Assembly (NCBI GenBank): GCA_963663275.1 | Contig: OY760183.1 | Span: 1,600,001-1,664,000 of the forward strand | From: Chloroflexota bacterium | Lineage (GTDB): Bacteria > Chloroflexota > UBA11872 > VXOZ01 | DNA: 64,000 nucleotides | Direction of reading: 5' to 3' | In this document: one piece after another, positions 1-9,900 of the stretch | Layout of the letters: the number at the start of each line of letters is the position of its first letter | How positions within the stretch are numbered: position 1 is the stretch's first letter | Position numbers and translations under genes: made by a program | Notes under the pieces: generated by a model | Told to the model about the DNA's origin: nothing | The model's database searches: none | What the model saw: only the letters and a program-made list of their open reading frames with translations

Positions 1-559
1 GCGCCCCCTGGGGCAACGACAGCGCCCATCCCTTCACGCCGCTCACCGTCTGGCTCATGCGCCTGGGCATCAAGGTGCTTCACAGCCGTCCCTACCATCC
101 CCAGACCCTCGGCAAGCTGGAACGCTTCCACCGCTCCCTGAAAAGCGAAGTCCTGGCCGGTCGCACCTTCACCAACCTGGAGCACTGCCAGCGCGCCTTC
201 GACGCTTGGCGGCACTTCTACAACCGGGAACGCCCGCACCACGCCCTCACGCTCAACACGCCCGTCAGCCGGTACACGCCCAGTCCACAGCCCTTTCCCG
301 AAACGCTGCCCCCCATCACCTACGCTCCCGACGACCAGGTGCGCGCCGTCGACGTCAGCGGCCGCATCTCGTTCCAGGGCAAGACCCTCCGCGTGGGGCG
401 AGCTTTCGCCCACACCCGCGTCGCCCTGCGACCCACGCAAACCGACGGCGTTTGGAACGTCTACTTCGCTGTCAATCCGATAAGAACGGTAGACCTCAGT
501 GAACAAAATGTGTAACCTATCTCCCTGAATAACTGTTACCCATGTCCCCGGACTGTACA
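1..559 (+). mobile_element. IS481-family insertion sequence, right part (left end lies outside the window)
   Basis: Transposase C-terminus followed by a subterminal repeat (tgtaacctatctccc / tgttacccatgtcccc) and a terminal ...TGTACA at 554-559, matching the TGT...ACA ends of IS481. Confidence 0.8.
3..515 (+). CDS. IS481-family DDE transposase, 5'-truncated
   Basis: Frame open from the window edge: PWG..., HSRPYHPQTLGKLERFHRSLK and YNRERPH integrase-core motifs. Confidence 0.9.
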   Translation, partial: APWGNDSAHPFTPLTVWLMRLGIKVLHSRPYHPQTLGKLERFHRSLKSEVLAGRTFTNLEHCQRAFDAWRHFYNRERPHHALTLNTPVSRYTPSPQPFPETLPPITYAPDDQVRAVDVSGRISFQGKTLRVGRAFAHTRVALRPTQTDGVWNVYFAVNPIRTVDLSEQNV

Positions 560-566
560 CTCCCCA

Positions 567-730
567 GGGAGAGGGAGTGACGTTGCTTTTCTGCGGGGAG
601 AGGGAGTGACGCTGCTCTTTACGAGGAGAGGGAGTGACGCTGCTCTTTACGGGGAGAGGGAGTGACGTTGCTCTTTACGGGGAGAGGGAGTGACGCTGCT
701 CTTTGCGGGGAGAGGGAGTCATGTTGCTCT
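567..730. repeat. Tandem array of about 6 x 28 bp (ggggagagggagtgacgctgctctttac)
   Basis: GAGGGAGT starts at 571, 600, 628, 656, 684 and 712. Confidence 0.9.
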
Positions 731-770
731 CCCTTGGGGTGGCGGCGACTGAGGGCGGCGCCTTCTCCGG

Positions 771-808
771 TTCCCTCTCCCTGGGGGAGAGGGTTAGGGT
801 GAGGGGGG
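771..808. repeat. REP-like palindrome, family A (CCCTCTCCC-n-GGGAGAGGG-nnn-GGGTGAGGG)
   Basis: Same motif recurs at about 560, 17158, 48349, 48669, 61994 and 63979. Confidence 0.85.
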
Positions 809-815
809 CGTTCTC

Positions 816-1625
816 TCAGCGGCTTGAAGGCGGCCGGAAGTCCGGCTGCGCGGGCGGTTCGGGGTCAGGGGGACGCCACTGGCCGGCCTCGGCCTCGCGG
901 GCCAGGGTGTGGACCGGAGCGCCTGACACTTCATCCTGCGAAGCGTTCCAGCGGGAGAGCACGCCGTCGCTCATCGTATACGTCTCATCGGCGATGTCGC
1001 GCACCGAGAGGTCGTGAGTCGCCATGACCACCGTAACGCCCTCCTGGCGCACGATGCGCGAGAAGAGGAGCATCATCTGGAGGCCGGTCACGCTATCCAG
1101 GTCGCCGGTTGGCTCGTCGGCCAGGAGCAGGGCGGGATTGTTGGCAAGGGCGCGGGCAATCGCCACGCGGCCCTGCTCGCCGCCGGAAAGCTCGAAAGGA
1201 CGGTGACTTGCGCGCTTGCTGAGCCCCACCAGGTCGAGGAGTCCAAGCGCCCGTTCGTGGCGTTGGCGCGCGCCCATACCGGCAATGCGCATGGGCAGTT
1301 CCACGTTCTCGTAGGCGGAGAGCACCGGCAGGAGGGCGAAGGCCTGGAAGATGAAGCCAATCTTGTGCCGCCGCAGCATCGTCAGTTCCCGGTCGCTCAT
1401 CTGGCGCGTGTCGTTATCCATGATCCTGACCATGCCGGCGGTGGGCCGGTCCAGGCCGCCAACCAGGTTGAGCAGGGTGGTCTTGCCGCTGCCGGAGCGC
1501 CCTTGCAGCGCCAAGAAGCGGCCGGGCAGGATGCGCCAGTTTGCTTCGCGCACGGCGTATACGTCCTCACGGCCCACGTGATAGACGCGGGATACGCCTT
1601 CCGCCAGGGTAATCGGTTCAGCCAT
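816..1625 (-). CDS. ABC transporter ATP-binding protein (MacB/LolD type)
   Basis: Walker [14 protein letters not shown] signature, LLADEPT Walker B, ATHD switch. Confidence 0.95.
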   Translation of the reverse strand: MAEPITLAEGVSRVYHVGREDVYAVREANWRILPGRFLALQGRSGSGKTTLLNLVGGLDRPTAGMVRIMDNDTRQMSDRELTMLRRHKIGFIFQAFALLPVLSAYENVELPMRIAGMGARQRHERALGLLDLVGLSKRASHRPFELSGGEQGRVAIARALANNPALLLADEPTGDLDSVTGLQMMLLFSRIVRQEGVTVVMATHDLSVRDIADETYTMSDGVLSRWNASQDEVSGAPVHTLAREAEAGQWRPPDPEPPAQPDFRPPSSR

Positions 1626-1738
1626 GGCTGCGAGTTTGCCCCTTCTCTTGCTACTGTTGTCTCGTACGGCGGCACGATTGCTAACGAATGGCCGCCGGGC
1701 CCCGCGGCTAGCCCACGGCGGGGCGCGCGGGCGGTTGC

Positions 1739-2680
1739 CTAGCGGCGCAGGAGACCGCGCAGGCCGCGCTTCTCCTCTTCTTCATCGCTGGAAGCGTATG
1801 CCGGTTTCACGATGATGCCGTCGTCCGACACTTCCACAATCGCGCGGTCGCGGATGCCGAATTGTTCCAGGTACTCTTGCGGAATCTGGAGGCGGCCGGC
1901 GGAGTCGAGCACCACGTACTCGTCGTGGCTGATCTCTTCCTCGCCCTGTTCCAGATTGATGCGCCGCACCGTCTCCGTGCTGGTGCGGCCGTCGCGGATT
2001 TGCACCACCCGGTCTACGCGAAACGCCACGTTGGGGTCGTGGCTCACGATGATGATGGTGGTGCCGTATTCCGCGTTGATGCGGCGAAAGGTGTCGTAGA
2101 TGGTGCTGGCGGTCTGGGTATCAACCTCGCCGGTGGGTTCGTCCGCCAGCAGCAGCGGCGGCGAGTGCGCCAGCGAGATGGAGATGGCGACGCGCTGCTG
2201 CTCGCCGCCGGAGAGTTGGCCCACCCGGTGGCGCAGGCGGTGCCCCAGCCCCACGGCTTCTAGCAGTTCCGCCGCTCTGGCTTCCCGTTTCTTGGCGGAC
2301 ATGCCGGCGATGATCAGCGGCATCTGCACGTTTTCCAGCGCGGTGAGGTAGGGGATCAGGTTGCGCGAACTCTGCTGCCAGACGAAGCCCACCATGTGGC
2401 GCTTATACCAGACCAGGTCGGTGTCGGAGAGCTTGATCAGGTTCAGGTTGCCGACGGTCAGGTTGCCGGCGCTGGGCCGGTCCAGGCCTCCAAGCGTATT
2501 GAGGAGCGTGGACTTGCCGCTGCCGGAGTTGCCGATGATTGCCATGATTTCGCCGCTGGCCACTTCCAGGTCAAGCCCCTGCAAGGCCACCACCTCGAGG
2601 TCGGCGACTTTGTAGATCTTGACGAGGTTGTCGCAGAAGATGAACCGCTCGCCGCGTTTGGGGAGTTCCGGAAACTTCAT
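1739..2680 (-). CDS. ABC transporter ATP-binding protein (MacB/LolD type) with C-terminal AbrB/SpoVT-like domain
   Basis: [23 protein letters not shown]; tail [20 protein letters not shown]...DGIIVKP resembles a swapped-hairpin domain. Confidence 0.93.
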   Translation of the reverse strand: MKFPELPKRGERFIFCDNLVKIYKVADLEVVALQGLDLEVASGEIMAIIGNSGSGKSTLLNTLGGLDRPSAGNLTVGNLNLIKLSDTDLVWYKRHMVGFVWQQSSRNLIPYLTALENVQMPLIIAGMSAKKREARAAELLEAVGLGHRLRHRVGQLSGGEQQRVAISISLAHSPPLLLADEPTGEVDTQTASTIYDTFRRINAEYGTTIIIVSHDPNVAFRVDRVVQIRDGRTSTETVRRINLEQGEEEISHDEYVVLDSAGRLQIPQEYLEQFGIRDRAIVEVSDDGIIVKPAYASSDEEEEKRGLRGLLRR

Positions 2681-5466
2681 CCTTGCTCCTCACCAAACTT
2701 GATGGCTTCGTGAATGCGCATGCGCGAGAGCATGGAGATGATCACCGGCACGGCGATGACGAGGATGATGGCCAGGATGAAGTAGATCTTGGCAATGTCG
2801 CCCCAGGCGGTGACGACGACGAATGAGGGAATGTTGGCGTGTTCGCCGGTCTTGATTTGGAGGAAGGGGATGAAGATCCGGCCGGCGGCCACGCCGAAGA
2901 TCGTGCCGATCGTCACGCCCATCACGATGAGGAAGCCCTGCTCGAAGATGTAGAGGCTGATCAACTGCCGGATGGAGAGGCCCATGGCGCGCAGGATGCC
3001 AAAGTCCTGCATGCGGCGCTGGAAGGAGAGCAGCGAGTACGTCAGGAAGCCCAAGACGGTAAGGAGGATGGCAATCAGGAAGCCGACGGTCAACATGCCG
3101 AAGACGCCGGTGCGCTGGGGGTCGTCGCGCTGGGCTATCACTTTTTCACGGGTATCCTGGGTGCGCACCACGATGAATTCCAGTTCGCGCAGTTCCTCTT
3201 CGATCTTCTCGATGTCGGCGCCCGGGTCGGTCTTTACCCAGGCGTCGTACGGCCCCAGTCCGATATTGTCGAAGATGTAGTCCAGGTTCGCGATGGCAAA
3301 GTAGTCGGTATCGGGAAACTGGGTTGGGAAGTAGTCAACCCAGTCCACGATGACGAAGTCGATCTGCGTCTGGCGCAGGTTGATGCGCACGCGGTCGCCG
3401 ACCTTGAGCTTGTGGTCGATCATGAAGTTGGCGCTGGCCAGGATGGCGTCCGGCTGGGCGGCGAGTTCGTTCAGCAGCGTCACCAGCGAACGGTGGGCGA
3501 AGTCGGGCCGCCAGTACATCACGTTCACGGCGTCCCAGGGGTCGATGCCCACGATTTGTATCTCCGGCGTGGCGCGGTCGGGCAGGATGGCGTTGCCTTT
3601 GCTATCCCAGAAGCGGGCCACCGCCTTGATTTCCTCCACCTGCAAGTGGTCGTAGAACGGCGCGATATACCACTGCTCCAGTTCTTCGTCGTAATCGCCG
3701 GATTCATAGAACGCCATGTCCGCGCCGATGCGGTAGTAGACGGAGTCCGAATGGTTGCGCGTCAGCGTGGCGGCCACGGAGGCGCTGAAGGTGCCAATCG
3801 CCAGGGTCAGCACCAGCAGCAGGAGCAGGCTGTTGTACTGTCCCGCCGAACGGGAGATGTGGCGCAACCCCAGGAGGATGGAGACGCCCCAGAAGCGGTT
3901 GCCGATGCGGGTGACCAACTCCACGATGTAGGGAAAGAGCCGCACGAACAGGAGCGCCATGCCGAACATGAAGACCGAGGGCACAATGAGCAAGAGGGGA
4001 TTGGAGAAGACGTTGCCTTCCTCTCCCAGGACGATCACCTGCCGCTGGTCTTGCAGCAGGCGGTAGCCGTAGACAGCCAGCGCCAGCAGGAGGATATCGA
4101 CGAAGAACCGCTGCCACCAGGGCCGGCGCAACTTGCGGGAGGCTTCCTGCTTGAAGGTGACGATGCTGTGCCGGGCGGTGGCGGCCGCGGGCATGAGCGC
4201 CGCGCCAATCGAGAGCGCAATCGCGGCCAAGGCATAGTTGAAGGTGCTGGCGTTAATGGTGATGGGCAGCGGGTCGCGGCCGATGAACGTGAGGAACGTG
4301 TACGTGCGCGCGATGAGTTGGGCCAGATAGACGCCCAGCACCGGCCCCACCACCAGCGCCAAGATGCCGATCATGCCGCCTTCCAGCAGGTAGATGCCGA
4401 TGATTTGCCACGTGCTGGCGCCGCGGCTCTTGAGCACGGCAATCTCGTTGCGCTGGCGGTCCACCACCATCGAGGAAGCGATACCAATGTAGTAGAGCAC
4501 GATGCCGATGATGGGCGCGGAGAGGATGAAGAGCAGGATCTTGAGGAAGAAGAGGTCGCGCAGATAGCGCATCAATATGTCTTCGGGGGAGATGTCAACC
4601 TTCACCTTGCCAAGAATTGTGCCCAGGTTGGAGCGGATTTCGCTCACGCCGGTGACGATGGCCCGGGCATTGCTGGCGTTGATGGCGTCCACGTCGAACA
4701 CGGAGAACCACGTGTATTCATAGCCAATTTCCTCATAGTCGGACAGAATCACGTCGATGAACGTCTCGTCCGGGACCATCAATCCTTCTTTGAAGTACTG
4801 GGGATGGTAGAACCAGTAGATTTCGTTGGGGTCGTTGGGGAACCAGCGGCCCACGATCTTCACTTCGATGGGTTGCGGCTCGTTGTTGGGATTCATGAAG
4901 CGGACGTAGAGATGGTCGCCGACTTCGGCCCCGATGGCGTCCATCTTCTCGGTCATTATCACCGCTTCGATGTACGGATCGCCTGACTTAGCCGGGTTGG
5001 CGTAGCGTCCTTCCAGGATGCGGACGTGATCATCGAAGTCGGTGGCAAAGGCGATGAAGCCCCAATCGGCGAACTGGCGCGATGAAAAGTTGACCTCATC
5101 GCCGCTTGAAAGAATGGCCATGTGCTCGGTCTGGCCGTAGCGGGTGGAGAGGAGCAGCGGAATGCCCATCTCGGTAGGCGCCGTGACCCGCATGTAGTCG
5201 TCCGCCTGCTGGTATTGCAGCAGCGTGATGTTCACTTCGTTCTTGGGCTCGAACATGCGGATAAGCAGGCTGGCGCGGGGCTGCGCCTGGCGCTGCTCGG
5301 ATTCGCGCAGGGCGCGGTGCAGCAGCATCTCGCTCATGCCCTCGGAGTACAGCGGGACGCTGGAAACCAGGGTGACGGTGACGATCAGGCCCAGGATGGT
5401 GGAGGAGACGATGTTGATGTTGTTGAGCAGGCGCTTCGTAACGAGGACCAGGATCGAGTAGGTCAA
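2677..5466 (-). CDS. FtsX/MacB-family ABC permease (two permease repeats)
   Basis: RNEIAVLKSRGAS and DFGILRAMGLS FtsX motifs, many TM segments; TTG start with a GAGGGG RBS. Confidence 0.92.
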   Translation of the reverse strand: MTYSILVLVTKRLLNNINIVSSTILGLIVTVTLVSSVPLYSEGMSEMLLHRALRESEQRQAQPRASLLIRMFEPKNEVNITLLQYQQADDYMRVTAPTEMGIPLLLSTRYGQTEHMAILSSGDEVNFSSRQFADWGFIAFATDFDDHVRILEGRYANPAKSGDPYIEAVIMTEKMDAIGAEVGDHLYVRFMNPNNEPQPIEVKIVGRWFPNDPNEIYWFYHPQYFKEGLMVPDETFIDVILSDYEEIGYEYTWFSVFDVDAINASNARAIVTGVSEIRSNLGTILGKVKVDISPEDILMRYLRDLFFLKILLFILSAPIIGIVLYYIGIASSMVVDRQRNEIAVLKSRGASTWQIIGIYLLEGGMIGILALVVGPVLGVYLAQLIARTYTFLTFIGRDPLPITINASTFNYALAAIALSIGAALMPAAATARHSIVTFKQEASRKLRRPWWQRFFVDILLLALAVYGYRLLQDQRQVIVLGEEGNVFSNPLLLIVPSVFMFGMALLFVRLFPYIVELVTRIGNRFWGVSILLGLRHISRSAGQYNSLLLLLVLTLAIGTFSASVAATLTRNHSDSVYYRIGADMAFYESGDYDEELEQWYIAPFYDHLQVEEIKAVARFWDSKGNAILPDRATPEIQIVGIDPWDAVNVMYWRPDFAHRSLVTLLNELAAQPDAILASANFMIDHKLKVGDRVRINLRQTQIDFVIVDWVDYFPTQFPDTDYFAIANLDYIFDNIGLGPYDAWVKTDPGADIEKIEEELRELEFIVVRTQDTREKVIAQRDDPQRTGVFGMLTVGFLIAILLTVLGFLTYSLLSFQRRMQDFGILRAMGLSIRQLISLYIFEQGFLIVMGVTIGTIFGVAAGRIFIPFLQIKTGEHANIPSFVVVTAWGDIAKIYFILAIILVIAVPVIISMLSRMRIHEAIKFGEEQG

Positions 5467-5637
5467 GGTGTATCCCCTCGCAGCGGCTTACGATTCAACG
5501 TCGAGCGTGCCGCAGAGATTACTGCGAACCAGGAAGTTCGATTGTGCTTCTTTCATGCGGCGGGCGCCCGCGCTGCCGGCGAGAATGCCGTTGATCTCGC
5601 CGGTCGCGCGCGGCGCTCCGTCCAGCGGCCCTCCGCG

Positions 5638-7950
5638 CTACTGGCCCTGCAAGATGACAAAGCCTTCTTCCAGGCCGCTCAGGATTTCCACTTCCGTCTC
5701 GGTTTGAATGCCGATTTCCACGTTCTTGGCGCGTTTGATGTCGCCGTCCATGTATTCCACGTAGGTGCGCCGGCCGGAACGCTTCACGGACTCGATCGGC
5801 ACTTTCAGCACGTTGTCCTTATGCTGCACGGTGATGTTCACCCGCGCCAACATGCCGATTTCCGCGCCCGCCTTCGGCCAGTTCACCTCGATGTGGATGG
5901 AGCGGTCCTGGATGACGCCCTGCGTCGTTACCAGACTCGTCGGCAATTTCGTGATGATGCCCGTGATACTCTCGGACGAGAAGGCGTCCAGCGTCAGGTC
6001 CGCCACTTGCTCCAGGGCCACCTTGGCGGAGTCGTCTTCCGAAAGGTCGGCGGTGATGATGAGTACCGTGGGGTCGGCCAGGCCGATGATGGGCTGGTAG
6101 GCCGTGGCGCTTTCACCCGCCTTGCCCTTGATGAACTGGATTACGCCGTCGAACGGCGCCTCCAGGCGGGCGTCCTTCAGTTGCTCCAGCAGCAACTCGT
6201 GGTTGGCGCGGGCGCGCTTGAGGTCGTTCTCCAGCGTGGTCACGTTGCCGGCGTCGGCGACGTTGAGTTGGGTCTGCTCCAGGTTCACTTTGGCCTTTTG
6301 CAGGGCGGCTTCCTTGCTCGCCAGGTTCCATTCGGCGTCCTGGAGTTTCTCCGGGTCCAGGCCGGAGCGCACCACGTCCCAACGCTCCTCGGCCACGGCG
6401 AGGTCGGCTTCGGCCTGCCTGACGGCGGCTTGCGCGGCGTTGAGGTTGAGTTCCGCCGTGGTCAGCGCCTTTTCAAGCGACGGCCCTACGTCGTCGAAGG
6501 CCTGCTGCGCCTGCTCCAAGGCGAAGCGGGCTTTGTCCACTTCAGCCTGGGCCGTGGGCAAGGCCTGGCTGCCCTGCGCTTTTGCCTGATCCAGGCCGGC
6601 CGTGGCCGATTGCAGGTCCAGCCTCGCCTTCTCGCGGGTGGCCCACAGGATGGCCATTTGCGTACCCACCAGCGGAGGGGCCACAAGCTGTTGGTTGCGG
6701 ACGAGAATCTCTTCGTTCATATCGGTCTTGCGCTCGGTATACTCTTCCTTTTCTTCGCGCACGGCGTCGATTGCGCTCTGGGCGGAAGTAACGTTCGTGC
6801 CCGCTTCCTTCGCCGCCGCGTACTCAGTCTCCGCCGCGTCCAGCGCGCTATCGAGGGATGCCCCCAACACGGCCTCGAGCGTGGTCTGGGCGGTCACCAC
6901 GTCTCCCTCTTCCCGCCGCGTTTCGTTGTAGGTCTGCCGGGCTTCCTCCAGCGCGTCCAGCGCCGTCTCCAACGCGGCCTTCGCGTTCGGGGCCTTATTC
7001 CCCAGGCCTCTAGCCGAGTCGAACGCCGCTTGCAGCTTTTCTTCGATTTCCTTCGACAACTGGACGAGATCGGCCTGGAACTTCAGGATCTCGTTGTCGA
7101 TCTCGTCCATCAGCTTCTTGCGCTCGGCGTTGACCTTCTGATTAGCTGATTCCAGGGCCTGCTGCTTCGCTTTGAGATTGGCTTCTTGCGACAGCACCTG
7201 GGAATCGGGGCTGCCGGAGCGCAGGTCTTCCAGCCGGGCCTTCGCCGCGCCCAAGGCTTCTTCCGCCGCGCGCAGGGCGAGTTCCCGCTGCACTTTCAGG
7301 TCTACCACCTCACCGGCGCGGAAACTCGTCAGGTCTTCCTGCGCCTGGGCATACGCTGCCTGTGCGCTCCGCAGGGTGTCCTGGGCCGTGTCGAGTTTGG
7401 CGGCGGCATTGGTATAGGTCGTCTCCGCCTGGGCGCGTTCCTGGGCGTTGGGGCCGGCCTGCGCCTCGGTGAGGGCGTCCTGCGCCTCGGCAACGTCCTG
7501 CTCCGCCCGTTCCACGGCAATGCGCGCCAGCGTTACTTCCGCTTCGCCCGACGCGGCCTGGGAACGCGCCTTGTTCAAGGCGCGCTCTTTGTCCTGGAGG
7601 CTTAGCTCTGAATTCTGGATGGACGTTTCGAGGTTGCCGGTTTCCAGGTCCGCCAGCAACGTGCCTCTCACGACTGGCTGGTTATACTCGACGTAGACGC
7701 CTTTCAGGCGGCCGTTTTGCTTGAAGAAGAGGCTCTCTTCGGTTTCCGCCGTGACGCGCCCCAGGACGCGCACCGCGTCGATGATGGAACCGCGCTCGAC
7801 TTTGACGGTGGGCCGCTCGACGCGGGACTGGACCGGCCGCGCCACGACGTCTTCTTCATCGTCACCGGAGAGAAACGGCAGCGAAGGCACACACGCCGTG
7901 AACAGCAGCACGCCGCTCACGAGAAGTATAGAGAACGATCTGATCTTCAC
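5638..7950 (-). CDS. Efflux periplasmic adaptor (MacA/HlyD family) lipoprotein with a very long coiled coil
   Basis: Lipobox LFTAC; split lipoyl halves (GRLKGVYV...LLADL and LEAPFDGVI); C-terminal VEIG...EILSGLEEG. Confidence 0.88.
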   Translation of the reverse strand: MKIRSFSILLVSGVLLFTACVPSLPFLSGDDEEDVVARPVQSRVERPTVKVERGSIIDAVRVLGRVTAETEESLFFKQNGRLKGVYVEYNQPVVRGTLLADLETGNLETSIQNSELSLQDKERALNKARSQAASGEAEVTLARIAVERAEQDVAEAQDALTEAQAGPNAQERAQAETTYTNAAAKLDTAQDTLRSAQAAYAQAQEDLTSFRAGEVVDLKVQRELALRAAEEALGAAKARLEDLRSGSPDSQVLSQEANLKAKQQALESANQKVNAERKKLMDEIDNEILKFQADLVQLSKEIEEKLQAAFDSARGLGNKAPNAKAALETALDALEEARQTYNETRREEGDVVTAQTTLEAVLGASLDSALDAAETEYAAAKEAGTNVTSAQSAIDAVREEKEEYTERKTDMNEEILVRNQQLVAPPLVGTQMAILWATREKARLDLQSATAGLDQAKAQGSQALPTAQAEVDKARFALEQAQQAFDDVGPSLEKALTTAELNLNAAQAAVRQAEADLAVAEERWDVVRSGLDPEKLQDAEWNLASKEAALQKAKVNLEQTQLNVADAGNVTTLENDLKRARANHELLLEQLKDARLEAPFDGVIQFIKGKAGESATAYQPIIGLADPTVLIITADLSEDDSAKVALEQVADLTLDAFSSESITGIITKLPTSLVTTQGVIQDRSIHIEVNWPKAGAEIGMLARVNITVQHKDNVLKVPIESVKRSGRRTYVEYMDGDIKRAKNVEIGIQTETEVEILSGLEEGFVILQGQ

Positions 7951-8075
7951 GCGGCTCTTCCCTCACATGGCTCTTGATTCGGCACGTTTCCAACAAAATG
8001 CGTTGGGGACATGATACCCCGCGCCGCCGCCAGCGGCACGCACGTATATTCTAGCAAGTCTCGCACATCCTTTGC

Positions 8076-8128
8076 ATCATGTCTATTGCGAAGAAAGCTG
8101 TCAAGAGAATTCTTAGAGGATTCTTAGA
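8076..8128 (-). promoter_or_regulatory. Sigma70-type promoter of the ABC operon with an upstream direct-repeat operator
   Basis: Minus strand TTGACA (8104-8099), 17 bp, CATGAT (8081-8076); TCTAAGAAT twice with 11-bp period at 8109-8128. Confidence 0.65.
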
Positions 8129-8252
8129 CAGATTGAGATACCGTGACCGCTCCGGCGCGCGGCGCGGCAACTTGCGCGGGCATAGCAGTGGTGATATGCT
8201 CCCTTGGCTTGCGCAATGGAGCGCCACGCATGGACGCGCGGCAAGGGTGCTA

Positions 8253-8261
8253 TGCTATAGT
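8253..8261 (+). promoter_or_regulatory. Extended -10 element upstream of the HU gene
   Basis: TGcTATAGT about 37 bp upstream of the ATG. Confidence 0.45.
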
Positions 8262-8297
8262 GCGGAGACCGCTCTCAGCTAGATGGAGGTACGAGGG

Positions 8298-8573
8298 ATG
8301 ACTCAAAGCGACTTGATCAAGGATATTGCGTCTCGTACAGGCACCACCCAAAAGGCGGCCAAGACGTTCTTGGACGCTTTCGTCGATTCGGTGCAGGACT
8401 CGCTCCAGCGTGGTGAGAACGTCGCCATTTCGGGCTTCGGCACGTTTCGCGTCGCGCAGCGCGCGGCTCGCACCGGGCGCAACCCGCGCACGGGCGAACC
8501 ATTGGAAGTGGCGGCGCGCAAGGCTCCAGTCTTTTCTGCGGGCACGACTCTGCGCAAGTCCGTCAGCGGATAA
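8298..8573 (+). CDS. hup: HU family DNA-binding protein
   Basis: ISGFGTF...RAARTGRNPRTGE...PVFSAG signature; ATG at 8298 with GGAGG upstream. Confidence 0.95.
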   Translation: MTQSDLIKDIASRTGTTQKAAKTFLDAFVDSVQDSLQRGENVAISGFGTFRVAQRAARTGRNPRTGEPLEVAARKAPVFSAGTTLRKSVSG

Positions 8574-8603
8574 GGGCCTTTCCCGTGTAATCCGGTGGCG
8601 GGC

Positions 8604-9617
8604 ATGGCAGGCCGAACGCCTCGGTTCATTCTCTGGCTGCTTGCGTTGCTGGCAGTGGCGCTTGCCTGCGGCCCGGGAGCGCAGACCGCGGTGCAAGGCC
8701 CGGTGCGCTTGCTGGTAGCGCCGGACGACGGCGCGGGCGCGCTGCTCCCGTGGTTGCGCGGCGCCGAACACTCCATCGACATAATGATATATCTGCTTTC
8801 GAGCGATGAAGTCGTGGCGGAGCTGGCGGCGGCGTGGCGGCGCGGGGTGGCGGTGCGGGTACTGCTGGAGGAAGACCCGGTTGGCGGCGGGGCCAGCAAC
8901 CGCGCGTCGGCGCAAAAACTGAAGGCCGCCGGTGTGGCGGTGCGCTGGGCCGGCCCGGCTTTTCGCTTTACCCACGCCAAGGTGATGCTGGTGGACGGCC
9001 GGCGGGCCGCCATCATGACTCTCAACCTTACGCCCAGTTCGCTGCGCACCAATCGCGAATTCGCCGTCCTGGTGGAAGATCCCGCGGTTGCGCTTGCCTT
9101 GGCGCGCCTCTTCCAGAGCGATTGGGAACGCGCGCCGGCCCCGCGGCCGGAACTTCCTCTTATCGTTAGCCCGGTCAACGCCCGCGAGACCCTGCAAGAC
9201 CTGATCGGCGGGGCGCGCCAGAGCCTGGAGGTCTACGCGCCGGCGCTGGAGGACGACGCGATCGCGGCGGCGCTGGCGGCGGCGGCCGGCCGGGGCGTGC
9301 GGGTGCGCGTGATTATGAACCCACCGTCAGACGCCGACCCCTACGGCGACGAACGCGCGTGGCTGCGGGAGCGCGGCGGCATCGTGGGCTTCCTGGACTT
9401 TCCCAACGTGCACGCCAAGGCGGTGATCGCGGACGGCCAGCGCGCCTTCGTGGGCAGCCAGAACTTTACGGCCACCTCTCTTGACCGCAACCGCGAGGTG
9501 GGCATTCTCATCGATGAGCCGGCGGCGCTCCGGCGCTTGCGGCAGACGTTCGAAGCCGACTGGTCCGAGGCGGCGTTGGAAGGGGTGGAGGCGCGCGCGC
9601 CGGTTCTGGCCGCGTAG
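8604..9617 (+). CDS. Phospholipase D superfamily lipoprotein
   Basis: Two HKD motifs (HAKVMLVD, HAKAVIAD...GSQN); lipobox ALAC; start could be 8595. Confidence 0.88.
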   Translation: MAGRTPRFILWLLALLAVALACGPGAQTAVQGPVRLLVAPDDGAGALLPWLRGAEHSIDIMIYLLSSDEVVAELAAAWRRGVAVRVLLEEDPVGGGASNRASAQKLKAAGVAVRWAGPAFRFTHAKVMLVDGRRAAIMTLNLTPSSLRTNREFAVLVEDPAVALALARLFQSDWERAPAPRPELPLIVSPVNARETLQDLIGGARQSLEVYAPALEDDAIAAALAAAAGRGVRVRVIMNPPSDADPYGDERAWLRERGGIVGFLDFPNVHAKAVIADGQRAFVGSQNFTATSLDRNREVGILIDEPAALRRLRQTFEADWSEAALEGVEARAPVLAA

Positions 9618-9769
9618 CAGGGTTGCTGCTTGAGTGGCGCGTGATTGCGAACTCCGGCGCTTGGTCTGGATGAGCGTGGGCACAGCCGTTCGCCCCCGAA
9701 TCAGGTACGGGGCAGGCTCTGAGCCTGCGGCAAGGCGCATGGCGGGTTGGTGGTGGGGCGTTGTACTAT

Positions 9770-9895
9770 CCGTTCGTGCTTCGACAGGCTCAGCACGAAC
9801 GGGAAGTACAGTGCTCATCAGTTTTGGGCGACGGCGTTGGGGAGAAGCCCCGGCGCAACGATGAGCCAGGAGGCGGGGGCAAGTCCCCGCGCTAC
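9770..9895. repeat. REP-like palindromes, family F (ccgttc..cttcgac..gctcag..cgaacgg) and family B
   Basis: Family F recurs at about 30470 and 59119; family B recurs about 10 times. Confidence 0.8.
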
Positions 9896-9900
9896 GTTGT

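Noticed and set aside
567-730. Possible CRISPR array (28-bp repeats)
   Set aside because: Units are head-to-tail with no unique spacers, and there are no cas genes
5488-5556. 22-aa minus-strand ORF between the adaptor and permease genes
   Set aside because: No RBS and no distinguishing features
2839-7149. Long plus-strand ORFs of 715 and 675 aa, and similar antisense ORFs (22429-24420, 25163-26872, 27606-29747, 50834-53035, 56786-58645)
   Set aside because: Shadow frames of well-supported genes, expected at high GC3; no recognisable motifs
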